64,000 nt of DNA, taken from assembly GCA_964563715.1 (NCBI GenBank), contig CAZLXA010000002.1, positions 9,467-73,466 of the forward strand. The letters are read 5' to 3'. Source of the DNA: an uncultured Candidatus Saccharibacteria bacterium. GTDB taxonomy: Bacteria > Patescibacteriota > Minisyncoccia > Phycocordibacterales > UBA9973. This document shows, piece by piece, positions 1 to 9,020 of the stretch (positions are counted from its first letter, which is position 1; every line of letters starts with the position of its first letter). The notes under the pieces were generated by a model. It was not told the DNA's origin and made no database searches. It saw only the letters and a program-made list of their open reading frames with translations. The position numbers and the translations under genes were made by a program.

Positions 1-127
1 TAAAATGTAGCTTTTTTTATTTTTCCAATATATTCATTTGAACATCGTCCCATATGCAGATTAATTTGACAAGATAGTATTTTATGATATTGTAAATACA
101 GTATCGATCTTTTACATTTTCATTTAA

Positions 128-685
128 TTGGTTTTCAGAGAAGCTTTGGGCTTTTGTGATAACCAATTAAATCTAAAAATTATGTATCTCAATGAAAATC
201 AATTAATCCTTTGGATAGAAGAAGCCGGCCAGGTAGAACAAGCAGTAAATAATGTTCTAAGAGAATATAAACCTGAATATCACGATGAGGTTCTTAAAAA
301 AATTGCCTTTGTAGCAATGAAACAGGGCCTGTTTAAGGGTTCAAGGCGAGCCGTGAGTCATATATCAGAACCAGTAAAACAAGAAGTTTTACTTGAAATG
401 ATCAAGCAACACAAGAGAGGATTTGGTTTTATAAATCACAATTTCTTTTTTACCGCATGGTTGGAAACAATAAAATTGCTTTCTGAAGAAAATCGAGACA
501 ACGAACTCGTGTATTATATTATGTTTATAGTGCAAAAATATGCCCCTTCAGATCACTTAATTTCGCTAGTGAGTAAAGCAATAGGACTTATTGATTCTTC
601 TATGTTGAAACCTATTCCGTATGGTGTTCGAGAATGGGAAAATACGATTGAGGATTTGTATTTTGAATCATTTCGAGTTTATTAA
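128..685 (+). CDS. hypothetical protein (185 aa)
   Basis: Long ORF followed 11 nt later by a hairpin plus T-run. The track start is TTG; the first ATG is at 182. No motif recognised. Confidence 0.4.
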   Translation: MVFREALGFCDNQLNLKIMYLNENQLILWIEEAGQVEQAVNNVLREYKPEYHDEVLKKIAFVAMKQGLFKGSRRAVSHISEPVKQEVLLEMIKQHKRGFGFINHNFFFTAWLETIKLLSEENRDNELVYYIMFIVQKYAPSDHLISLVSKAIGLIDSSMLKPIPYGVREWENTIEDLYFESFRVY

Positions 686-696
686 TATCTAAATTC

Positions 697-726
697 AGGT
701 CTTGCATAACGCAAGACCTTTTTTGT
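697..726 (+). terminator. intrinsic terminator-like hairpin
   Basis: AGGTCTTGC-ATAAC-GCAAGACCT followed by TTTTTTG, directly after the stop at 685. Confidence 0.55.
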
Positions 727-920
727 TTTATCTCTTTTAATATGGTTCCAACGTCATCCAAGTTCGGAGCTTATATAATTGTAGCAAGAACCGTTCTTAC
801 TACAACTTGCTACAATAATTTAAAGGTTATTTTTCGGAGGTTATATAAGTTCGAACCTATTGACTTTACATATAGTTAGAAGTAATGTGAAGAAAAAACC
901 ATTAATAAAAATTTAATGTT

Positions 921-1121
921 ATGGTGCCAAACAAAAATATAGAAAAGGTTAAGACACAAATATCAAATATGAGTGTCCCAGATAAAAAAGTAAGAAAAGC
1001 TGTAGAAAATCTTACTACTACACGCCAACAAGACAAGGAAGAAATTCTTGCCTTGCTCAAGAAAAAACGACCCACATTCTTTTCTCAGTGGCAATTAGAA
1101 ATTGCCTCTAAGTACATGTAA
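921..1121 (+). CDS. hypothetical small protein (66 aa)
   Basis: ORF only. Lys-rich, no motif. Confidence 0.3.
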   Translation: MVPNKNIEKVKTQISNMSVPDKKVRKAVENLTTTRQQDKEEILALLKKKRPTFFSQWQLEIASKYM

Positions 1122-1152
1122 AAAGATAGTATAAACCTTAAACTTTTCAGAA

Positions 1153-1365
1153 ATGAAATACACAGTGTATAGTTATGAAATAATCGATGGAGACATTGAC
1201 TTCATTGAAAGACAGGAAAATAAGGGTGAAAAATTTGACCCAGTTGAGGCTAAGGAATTGGCTAAAGTGCTAGATGAAGAACAGAAAGGGATAAGGGCTA
1301 GGGGTGAAGACCTTCGCTCCATAGTTCACCTTGTTTACGATGAAAATTATCATAGGATTAACTAA
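1153..1365 (+). CDS. hypothetical small protein (70 aa)
   Basis: ORF only. Acidic, no motif. Confidence 0.3.
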   Translation: MKYTVYSYEIIDGDIDFIERQENKGEKFDPVEAKELAKVLDEEQKGIRARGEDLRSIVHLVYDENYHRIN

Positions 1366-1538
1366 TTGGAAATATAAATACGAATTACAAAGAGTAGATT
1401 AAAATCGCTCTTTTTTATTTTTCCAATATATTCATTCGAATATCATCGCAGGTTTGGAGTCTACTAGAATATGATTATTTATTAAGGTTATTTTTGTTAC
1501 CTATGTAGAAGTTTTAATTTGTGGTAATATATTTTTAT

Positions 1539-2102
1539 ATGATAAATATAAATAGTTTAGTTCCAGATTTTGAAGTTGAGTCATATCAAGATAATGACAT
1601 TAAAAAAATAAAATTATCAGATTATAAGGGAAAATGGGTAATATTGATTTTTTATCCTGCTGATTTTACATTCGTTTGCCCCACAGAGCTTGAGGATGCT
1701 CAAAATCATTATGAAGAGGTAAAAAAACTTGACGGAGAAATTATGAGCATCAGTACAGACACTGCTTTTGTTCATAAGGCTTGGCATGATAATTCTCCTG
1801 CTGTTGGAAAAATAGAGTATCCAATGCTATCTGACACAACAGGGAATATATCAAGGATGTTTGGAACATATATTGAAAATGAAGGTTTATCTCTTCGTGG
1901 AACTTTTATTATTGACCCAGATGGAATATTAAAAACAATAGAAATTCATGATAATAACATAGGAAGAAGTGCAAAAGAGATGCTTAGAAAACTTGAAGCA
2001 GCAAAATTTGTGAGAGAACATGATGGCAGTGTATGCCCAGCTAGTTGGGAGCCAGGAGCAGAAACTTTAAAACCAGAGGTTAATTTAATTGGCAAAATAT
2101 AA
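1539..2102 (+). CDS. 2-Cys peroxiredoxin (AhpC/Tsa family)
   Basis: FYPADFTFVCPTEL peroxidatic-Cys motif and a C-terminal VCPASW resolving-Cys motif. The ATG at 1539 is preferred over the GTG at 1521. Confidence 0.85.
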   Translation: MININSLVPDFEVESYQDNDIKKIKLSDYKGKWVILIFYPADFTFVCPTELEDAQNHYEEVKKLDGEIMSISTDTAFVHKAWHDNSPAVGKIEYPMLSDTTGNISRMFGTYIENEGLSLRGTFIIDPDGILKTIEIHDNNIGRSAKEMLRKLEAAKFVREHDGSVCPASWEPGAETLKPEVNLIGKI

Positions 2103-2121
2103 TTTATCGATAATATAAAAT

Positions 2122-2706
2122 ATGAAATTAATTGTTGGTTTAGGAAATCCAGGAGAAGAATATAAAATATCCAGACATAATACTGGTTTTATTGTCCTTG
2201 GTAATGTTTTGGGAAATGTTGATTGGAAACAAAGCTCTGGAACAAAAGCTCTTTTTTATAAAGATTCAATTTTAAAGAAGCAAGTGTTGTATTTAAAACC
2301 TCAAACATTTATGAATAATTCTGGCGTGGCTGTTTCTTATACACAGAATGAAAAAGCACTTATTAAATCAGAAGATATAATCGTTATCTATGACGATATT
2401 GATTTACCACTCGGTAGTTTAAAAATTTCTTTTAATCGATCTTCTGGCGGACACAATGGACTCGAATCAATAATTAAAAAAGTTAAAACAAAAGAATTTA
2501 TTCGTATACGTGTTGGTATTTCACCAACTACGCCGTCAGGAAAAATCCGAAAACCAAAAGGAGAGGAAGCAATATTAAAATTTTTATTAGGAAAATTTAA
2601 GGAAGACGAATTAAAAGAATTAAAAAAGATATCAAAAAAGGTTGCCGAAATTATTGAAATGATTGTAAGTGAAGGAAAAGATAAAGCGATGAGTGTGTTT
2701 AACTAG
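2122..2706 (+). CDS. pth: peptidyl-tRNA hydrolase
   Basis: N-terminal MKLIVGLGNPGEEYxxxRHNxGF and GGHNGLxSI motifs, typical of Pth. Confidence 0.9.
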   Translation: MKLIVGLGNPGEEYKISRHNTGFIVLGNVLGNVDWKQSSGTKALFYKDSILKKQVLYLKPQTFMNNSGVAVSYTQNEKALIKSEDIIVIYDDIDLPLGSLKISFNRSSGGHNGLESIIKKVKTKEFIRIRVGISPTTPSGKIRKPKGEEAILKFLLGKFKEDELKELKKISKKVAEIIEMIVSEGKDKAMSVFN

Positions 2707-2722
2707 TGATTAGTGATTAGTC

Positions 2723-2755
2723 AAAAGGCCAGTCGACGAAGTCGACTGGCCTTTT
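2723..2755. terminator. bidirectional terminator hairpin between convergent pth and rpsA
   Basis: AAAAGGCCAGTCGAC-GAA-GTCGACTGGCCTTTT, a perfect 15-bp stem with A/T runs on both sides. Confidence 0.65.
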
Positions 2756-2770
2756 GTATTTTCCTAGAAC

Positions 2771-3904
2771 CTAGTTACTAGAACCTGCCTTATTGTCTTC
2801 TAAATAAACGAGCGTCATTCTCTGGTCTTTTGGTTCAAAAAGAGTCACTTGGAAATTATATGTTTTACCAAGTTCGAGCGTTTTCTTTAATTTCTCCTCA
2901 GAGCCAAATCCTGAATTATGAGCAAGTCCAGCAACGCCTTGTTTAATAGAGATAAGAGCTCCGTGTTTATTGAATTTGATAACAACTCCAGAGACGATGT
3001 CGCCCTTTTTAAGTGTATTTTCAAATTCTTTCCAAGGATTATCTTTTAAGGCTTTAACTGAAAGTGATATTTTACCATCTTTGATTTCAATAATTCTTGC
3101 TTTAACTTTATCACCAACTTTAAACATTGTTCGTGGATCTTCAACTAGACCCCAATCAATTTCAGAAATGTGAACTAAACCTTCAAGACCTTCTTCAACT
3201 TTTAAGAAAATACCAAAGTCAACAATTCCAGCCACGGTACATTCAATATCATCACCAACAGCATATTTACCAACAATTTCTTGTCTTTCTTCTGGGTTAT
3301 TGTCTTTTTCAGAGAAAATAAGTTTTCCTTCTTTGGGTAAAGCAGAAATCATAACAACACTGATTCTTTTACCAATCAGTAATTTCAAGGCCTTCAAAAT
3401 TTTATCTTTATCAGAATCTTCTACCCTTGGATAGTGTTCACTCTTAAGTTGAGAAGCCGGAAGGAAACCTGCGATTCCTTGCCATTCTAATATTAAACCA
3501 CCTTTATTGGCTTCTTTGATTGTTAATTCAAGAGCAACTTTTGATTTAATAGCTTTTTCAGCTTCACTCCAAATCAAAGCTTGCTTGGCTTCTTTTAGTG
3601 ATAACTCGAAATATCCTTCTTCATTATCAATAGAAACAACTTTCGCTTTAACAACATCGCCGATATTTATTTTCTTAATAATATCTTTGGCGTTAATAAA
3701 TTCACGGCCATAAATAATACCTGTTCCAAAAGGAGCCAGATCAATATAAACCGATGATTTTTGAATTGAAATAACCGGACCTTCAACTAGAGCTTCTATT
3801 TGAGGTGGTAATTCGACTTTGTCTAACATTTTACCAATACTCGAAAGTTCGATTTTGGCATTTTCGGCAATACTATCTATAACGTCTTTATCTTCATTTT
3901 TCAT
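2771..3904 (-). CDS. rpsA: 30S ribosomal protein S1-like (four S1 domains)
   Basis: Repeated S1-domain signatures (GxVxxxxxFGxFVxL, GLxHxSE), 377 aa. Confidence 0.8.
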   Translation of the reverse strand: MKNEDKDVIDSIAENAKIELSSIGKMLDKVELPPQIEALVEGPVISIQKSSVYIDLAPFGTGIIYGREFINAKDIIKKINIGDVVKAKVVSIDNEEGYFELSLKEAKQALIWSEAEKAIKSKVALELTIKEANKGGLILEWQGIAGFLPASQLKSEHYPRVEDSDKDKILKALKLLIGKRISVVMISALPKEGKLIFSEKDNNPEERQEIVGKYAVGDDIECTVAGIVDFGIFLKVEEGLEGLVHISEIDWGLVEDPRTMFKVGDKVKARIIEIKDGKISLSVKALKDNPWKEFENTLKKGDIVSGVVIKFNKHGALISIKQGVAGLAHNSGFGSEEKLKKTLELGKTYNFQVTLFEPKDQRMTLVYLEDNKAGSSN

Positions 3905-4076
3905 ATTTATTAATATTTAGTTATCAGAAATTCTTCTTCTGGCACTAAAAAAACCGCATCTTGCGGCACAGTTGAAGATCTTTTTGTTTTACTTAATCAA
4001 ACTACAAAAAGGGGTAACCTTCAAACCGAGCTTATAATTTAATTAATATACTATATATATAATAATTAATCAACTC

Positions 4077-4103
4077 CCAGATAGCGGCAAGGCCGCTATC
4101 TGG
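4077..4103. repeat. REP-like hairpin copy 1 (CCAGATAGCGGC-AAG-GCCGCTATCTGG)
   Basis: Perfect 12-bp stem, 29 nt upstream of the ATG at 4133. Confidence 0.9.
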
Positions 4104-4132
4104 TATTTTTTGTTTGTAGTATAATAAATATT

Positions 4133-4861
4133 ATGAGTATAAGGAGACAGCCATTGATAACAGAACAAATTTATCATATTTACAATCGTGGGGTTGATAA
4201 ACGTGATATTTTCATAGATAAAAACGACGTTTATCGTTTTGTTGAAAGTACCAAAGAATTCAATAGAGAAGACAAAATACTTAGCCTTGCGAATCTTCAT
4301 AAACCTAAACTAAATTCCCAGATAGCGGCCTTGCCGCTATCTGGGGAAGAAAACAAAAAACCACTAGTTGAAATAATTGGGTATTGTTTAAATCCAAATC
4401 ATTTTCATTTTATTTTAAAACAATCTGTTGATGATGGTATATCTAAATTCATGCATAAACTGCAAGGGGGGTATACATCATATTTTAATATAAAAAATAA
4501 TAGATCAGGGTGTCTTTTTCAGGGAAAATTTAAATCACAAATAATTGTTAATGAAGATTATTTTAATAAATTGATAGGTTATGTAAATAAAAATTATTTA
4601 ATCCATAGTATCCCAGAAAATAAAAATGATTTAGTTTTTTCAGGTGATTATGAATATGAAAATAATAAATTTAATATTATTTCCAAAAATGAAGGCGAAA
4701 GAATTTTAGAAGTTTTTGGAGGAATCAATAAATTTAAAAGACATTGCGATTCTGTGGTTTCGGCAGTTAGAGAAGAAAGAGGAAAAAACTCTTTACTTCA
4801 AGATGAGGATTTCAATACAGTCATCGAAAGCCTTCCAGATAGCGGCCTTGCCGCTATCTAG
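4133..4861 (+). CDS. HUH / Y1 transposase-like protein (IS200 TnpA / REP-associated tyrosine transposase family)
   Basis: IYHIYNRG N-terminus, HUH motif NPNHFHFIL, RSGCLFQGKFKS, then YVNKNYLIH as a candidate Tyr region. The cognate-looking hairpins flank it. Confidence 0.65.
   Translation: MSIRRQPLITEQIYHIYNRGVDKRDIFIDKNDVYRFVESTKEFNREDKILSLANLHKPKLNSQIAALPLSGEENKKPLVEIIGYCLNPNHFHFILKQSVDDGISKFMHKLQGGYTSYFNIKNNRSGCLFQGKFKSQIIVNEDYFNKLIGYVNKNYLIHSIPENKNDLVFSGDYEYENNKFNIISKNEGERILEVFGGINKFKRHCDSVVSAVREERGKNSLLQDEDFNTVIESLPDSGLAAI
4318..4344. repeat. REP-like hairpin copy 2, inside the HUH ORF and in frame
   Basis: CCAGATAGCGGC-CTT-GCCGCTATCTGG, translated as QIAALPLSG. Confidence 0.9.
4835..4861. 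repeat. REP-like hairpin copy 3, containing the stop codon of the HUH ORF
   Basis: Same 27-mer with one G>A change (CTATCTAGG), which creates the TAG stop. Confidence 0.9.
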
Positions 4862-4945
4862 GGATTTGGGCAATTTAGGATGTATATATTTGGTTTTTGA
4901 ACTAGTATTCTTTCTTTTTTAAGTATTATTTGGTATAATATATTT

Positions 4946-5572
4946 ATGATTATCACATATTTTGGAAAGCAATTCTTTAAAATCGGTCAAGGTAGTTTAA
5001 CAGTGGCTTTTAATCCTATCAGTAAAGATTCAAAATTTGCTTCACTCGCTAGTCGTTTTGGTTCGGATATTGCTCTTTCGACAATTAATCATCCAGATTA
5101 TAATGGTTTTGAAATGGTTACTCACGGAGAAACGGTACCTTTTGAAATAAAAGGCCCAGGTGATTATGAAATTAAAGATATTTTTATTAAAGGAGTAATG
5201 ACTAACACCGAAATAGATGGAAAGAAATATATTAATACAATATATTCATTGTCTATTGAAAATATTTCCCTTTGTTTTTTGGGTGCAGTATCAGATGAAA
5301 AATTTAATGCTATAGTTCGCGAACAAATAGAATCACCAGATATACTATTTGTGCCAATTGGTAACAATGATTTACTAAGCCCAATCGAAGCTTATAAATT
5401 AGCTGTGACCCTAGAACCCAAAATAATTATCCCAATGGATTATGATGAAAAAACGTTGAAAATATTTTTGAAAGAAGCTGGTCAAGAAAAAGTAGCATCG
5501 ATTGAGAAACTTACAATAAAAGCTAAAGAGTTAATTGGTCGTGAAGGGGAGATTGTCGTATTATCATCATAA
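4946..5572 (+). CDS. MBL-fold (UPF0173/YtkL-like) hydrolase, putative
   Basis: MIITYFGxxxFKI N-terminus and overall pattern resemble Lactamase_B_3-type proteins. No clear HxHxDH motif. Confidence 0.5.
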   Translation: MIITYFGKQFFKIGQGSLTVAFNPISKDSKFASLASRFGSDIALSTINHPDYNGFEMVTHGETVPFEIKGPGDYEIKDIFIKGVMTNTEIDGKKYINTIYSLSIENISLCFLGAVSDEKFNAIVREQIESPDILFVPIGNNDLLSPIEAYKLAVTLEPKIIIPMDYDEKTLKIFLKEAGQEKVASIEKLTIKAKELIGREGEIVVLSS

Positions 5573-5587
5573 TTTTTAATTTATTTT

Positions 5588-5893
5588 ATGCGAGCATATA
5601 TAAAAAAATTGCAATCTAAATCAGAAATCGCCAGAAAACAAATTTTTATTGGTTCACTTGTTGTTTGTATGTCGGTAGTAGGTGTTGTTTGGGTTAGTAG
5701 TTTGGGTTATAAATTTAATAAAGAAAGTACAGCGAAGGTTCAAGAAGATATAAAACCATTTGCATTGTTTGGTCAAACAATTTCTGAGACATATAACAAT
5801 GTGACTGCTAGTGTTGGAAATATTTCAACTAAAAAGATTGAAGAAAAGAATGACGAAAAGATTATAGAACTTATTCCGGTTGAATACCAATAG
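5588..5893 (+). CDS. small membrane-anchored protein
   Basis: One N-terminal TM helix (IFIGSLVVCMSVVGVVWV). Stop lies 3 nt before the gyrA start. Confidence 0.4.
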   Translation: MRAYIKKLQSKSEIARKQIFIGSLVVCMSVVGVVWVSSLGYKFNKESTAKVQEDIKPFALFGQTISETYNNVTASVGNISTKKIEEKNDEKIIELIPVEYQ

Positions 5894-5896
5894 ATT

Positions 5897-8347
5897 ATGG
5901 ATAAAAAAGATGAAGAGATAAAAGATAAGCATATTAACGTTGTTTCTGTCGATATTGGATCAGAAATGAAAGAATCGTTCATCGATTACGCGATGTCGGT
6001 TATTACTGATCGAGCATTACCCGATGTTCGTGATGGTTTAAAACCAGTTCATCGTCGTATTTTATATGCAATGTATGAGATGGGTCTAACTCACCAAGGG
6101 CGTTTTCGTAAAAGTGCGGCTGTAGTCGGAGATGTTCTCGGAAAATATCATCCTCATGGTGATGTGGCTGTGTATGATTCGATGGTTAATATGGCCCAAG
6201 ATTTTTCTTATCGTTATCCACTTATTCACGGTCAAGGAAACTTTGGTTCGATCGATGGAGATGGAGCGGCGGCGATGCGTTATACTGAAGCAAAAATGTC
6301 AAAAGTCTCATCGCTTTTATTACTTGATTTAGAAAAAGAGACAGTTGATTTTCGCCCCAATTATGATCAAACTCGTAAAGAACCAATTGTTTTACCGACC
6401 GCAGTGCCAAGTTTAATTTTAAATGGAACATTAGGTATCGCTGTTGGAATGGCTACTAATATTCCACCTCATAATTTAGCTGAAGTCGTTGATGCGACAA
6501 TTCACTTAATCGACAATAAAGATGCAACAACTGAAGATTTAATGCAATTTATTAAAGGTCCTGATTTTCCAGTCGGAGGAATAGTTTACGGCCAAGCCGA
6601 TTTACTTCACGCCTATTCCACTGGCCGAGGTGGAGTAGTGACTCGGGGAGAAGCAGAAATTGTTGAACAAAAAAGTGGGACATTCCAAATTATAATTACC
6701 TCTATTCCTTATCGAGTTAATAAGTCAGCTTTAATTGAAGCAATTGCGGCTCTTATTCAAGAAAAAAAATTAGAAGGTATAAAAGGACTTCGAGATGAAT
6801 CAACAAAAGATATTCGAGTTGTTATTGATTTAAAAAATGGAGTTATTCCTCAGAAAGTCTTAAATTATATTTACAAGCACACTCAACTTGAACAATCTTT
6901 CAATTTTAATATTGTGGCACTAGTTGATGGTGTCCCTCAGACATTATCGCTTAAGAGTTTACTTTCTGAATTTATTTCTCATCGAGTTGTCGTTGTTCGA
7001 CGTCGAACAGAATATGATTTGCGTAAAGCGAAAGACCGAGAACATATTTTACTTGGTTTAAAAAAAGCCCTCGACCATATAGATCGCGTAATTTCAATTA
7101 TTCGAGCTTCGAAAGATACAGCCGTGGCTAAATTAAATTTAATGAAAGAATTTAAATTCTCTGATATTCAAGCCACAGCTATTTTAGAAATGAAACTTCA
7201 AAAATTAGCTGGACTTGAAAGAAAGAATGTTGAGCTTGAATTAAAAGAAAAACAAGAATTGATTAAAGAATTAGAAGCTTTACTTGCCAGTCCTAAAAAA
7301 ATGCTCAAAATTATTGGAGATGAGCTCAAGGAAATTAAAGAAAAATATAACGATATAAGAAAAACAAGAATTGTCAAAGGTGGAGTTAAGGCTATTAATG
7401 AAGAAGATTTAATTCCAGAAAAAGAATCAGTCTTGGTCTTTACAAAAGGTGGCTATGTTAAAAGAACTGACCCAAGTGAGTATCACACTCAAAAACGTGG
7501 AGGGGTTGGGGTGATTGACATTGAGACGAAAGAAGAAGATTTTGTCACGATGCTTGTCTCGGCTAATACACATTCGGATTTACTTTTCTTTACGAATTTA
7601 GGCAAAGCGTATCAAATTAAAATGTACGATATCCCTGAAGGCAAACGCGCCACAAAAGGTAAGTCAATTATGAATTTTATTTCACTGGGTGGCGAAGAAA
7701 AAGTTACTTCAATTTTACCAATTGATAAAGAAACTAAAAAGACAATAGAAACACTGATGATGGTGACAAAAATGGGTATTACTAAAAAAGTTGGAGCTGA
7801 AAGCTTTAAGGATGTTCGTCGAAGTGGTTTGATTGCTATTAAATTAGATGATGGAGATGAACTTCAGGCTGTGCTTTCTATCTCAAAAGGTGATGATGTC
7901 ATGCTCGCCACAACACTCGGTCAATCTATTCGTTTTCAAGAAAAGGATGTTCGCGAAATGGGCCGAAGTGCCGGAGGAGTTCGAGCTATTAAACTTAGTA
8001 AAGGTGATTTCGTGATCGGAGTTGATAAAGTTCCAAAAGGAGAGAATTCACTTTCAATCTTAACTTTGTCATCTAATGGTTTGGGCAAAAAAACAAATAT
8101 TAAAGAATATAAAACACAAAACAGAGGTGGATCTGGAATTAAAACAGCCAAAGTTACACCTAAAACTGGTAAATTAATTGTGGCTAAAATTGTAAAAGAT
8201 GAAACTGAAATTATCGCTGTCTCACAAAAAGGCCAAGTGATCAGGGTCAGCCTTGATTCATTGCCGACTTCTGGTCGTCAAACTCAAGGAGTGACGGTTA
8301 TGAAATTGCGACCTGGGGATAATATTGCTTCAATCACATTTTTGTAA
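5897..8347 (+). CDS. gyrA: DNA gyrase subunit A
   Basis: [28 protein letters not shown], AAAMRYTE (active-site Tyr) and C-terminal beta-pinwheel repeats. Confidence 0.95.
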   Translation: MDKKDEEIKDKHINVVSVDIGSEMKESFIDYAMSVITDRALPDVRDGLKPVHRRILYAMYEMGLTHQGRFRKSAAVVGDVLGKYHPHGDVAVYDSMVNMAQDFSYRYPLIHGQGNFGSIDGDGAAAMRYTEAKMSKVSSLLLLDLEKETVDFRPNYDQTRKEPIVLPTAVPSLILNGTLGIAVGMATNIPPHNLAEVVDATIHLIDNKDATTEDLMQFIKGPDFPVGGIVYGQADLLHAYSTGRGGVVTRGEAEIVEQKSGTFQIIITSIPYRVNKSALIEAIAALIQEKKLEGIKGLRDESTKDIRVVIDLKNGVIPQKVLNYIYKHTQLEQSFNFNIVALVDGVPQTLSLKSLLSEFISHRVVVVRRRTEYDLRKAKDREHILLGLKKALDHIDRVISIIRASKDTAVAKLNLMKEFKFSDIQATAILEMKLQKLAGLERKNVELELKEKQELIKELEALLASPKKMLKIIGDELKEIKEKYNDIRKTRIVKGGVKAINEEDLIPEKESVLVFTKGGYVKRTDPSEYHTQKRGGVGVIDIETKEEDFVTMLVSANTHSDLLFFTNLGKAYQIKMYDIPEGKRATKGKSIMNFISLGGEEKVTSILPIDKETKKTIETLMMVTKMGITKKVGAESFKDVRRSGLIAIKLDDGDELQAVLSISKGDDVMLATTLGQSIRFQEKDVREMGRSAGGVRAIKLSKGDFVIGVDKVPKGENSLSILTLSSNGLGKKTNIKEYKTQNRGGSGIKTAKVTPKTGKLIVAKIVKDETEIIAVSQKGQVIRVSLDSLPTSGRQTQGVTVMKLRPGDNIASITFL

Positions 8348-8379
8348 TATTTATTTTTAATTTGTGATATAATATAAAC

Positions 8380-8913
8380 ATGTTTACAAATCCAGAACAA
8401 AATATTTTACCACTCGGCTTAAGAGATGGAATGAAAGTAGCAGATTTTGGAGCCGGAACAGGTTTCTACTCTAAAGCAGCAAGTAGTATAGTTGGATATT
8501 CTGGAAAAGTTTATGCTATTGAGGTTCAAAAAGATTTAGTAAAAAAATTAGAAAGTGAAATAATACACTGGGGACTGAAAAATGTAGAATGTATTTGGGG
8601 TGATATTGAAAGAAGCGGGGGAACTAAAATTTCTGATCATTCTATGGATGCAGTTATTATTTCGAATGTTTTATTCCAAGCTGAAGATAGACTTGGTTTA
8701 ATTGATGAAGCTAAAAGGGTTTTAAAAATAGGTGGCCACATTCTCTTGATTGATTGGAGTGATTCTTTTGGAGGTATGGGTCCAACAGCTCATAATGTTG
8801 TGAATGAAAGTATGGCACGGGAATTATTTGAAAAAAGAGGGCTTAAATACGAAAAAAGAATTTCCGCAAATGACCATCATTATGGTATAATTTTTAAGTA
8901 TGAGTCCCGTTAG
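8380..8913 (+). CDS. class I SAM-dependent methyltransferase
   Basis: VADFGAGTGFYS motif I, IISNVLFQ, LKIGGHILLIDW. Confidence 0.75.
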   Translation: MFTNPEQNILPLGLRDGMKVADFGAGTGFYSKAASSIVGYSGKVYAIEVQKDLVKKLESEIIHWGLKNVECIWGDIERSGGTKISDHSMDAVIISNVLFQAEDRLGLIDEAKRVLKIGGHILLIDWSDSFGGMGPTAHNVVNESMARELFEKRGLKYEKRISANDHHYGIIFKYESR

Positions 8914-9020
8914 AAGCCACGATCACGATATAAAAATGAAATTAATATATAATTATAAATTAAGAAAAGTAAGTCAACGTAGTTGTAAAAATACAACGAT
9001 CGTGACCTGCTTCTAACGGG
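8906..9020. repeat. 115-bp inverted-repeat (MITE-like) element filling the intergenic gap
   Basis: Left arm CCCGTTAGAAGCCACGATCACGAT. The right arm, reverse-complemented, is CCCGTTAGAAGCAGGTCACGAT. The interior is AT-rich with small hairpins. Confidence 0.55.

Larger units (their letters stand above)
4077..4861 (+). mobile_element. IS200/IS605-like or REP-RAYT unit: HUH gene bounded by inverted copies of a 27-bp hairpin
   Basis: Hairpin copies at 4077-4103 (AAG loop, opposite orientation) and 4835-4861 (CTT loop) bracket the single HUH ORF. Confidence 0.45.

Noticed and set aside
2970-3713. Three plus-strand ORFs (2970-3173, 3127-3321, 3507-3713) in the track.
   Set aside because: They lie entirely antisense to the well-supported S1 gene and have low-complexity translations. 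They are shadow ORFs.
4070-4922. ORFs 4070-4300 (-) and 4716-4922 (+) that also contain QIAALPLSG-type peptides.
   Set aside because: The shared peptide is only the palindromic 27-bp hairpin being translated in other frames and strands. Both overlap the HUH gene or its flanks.
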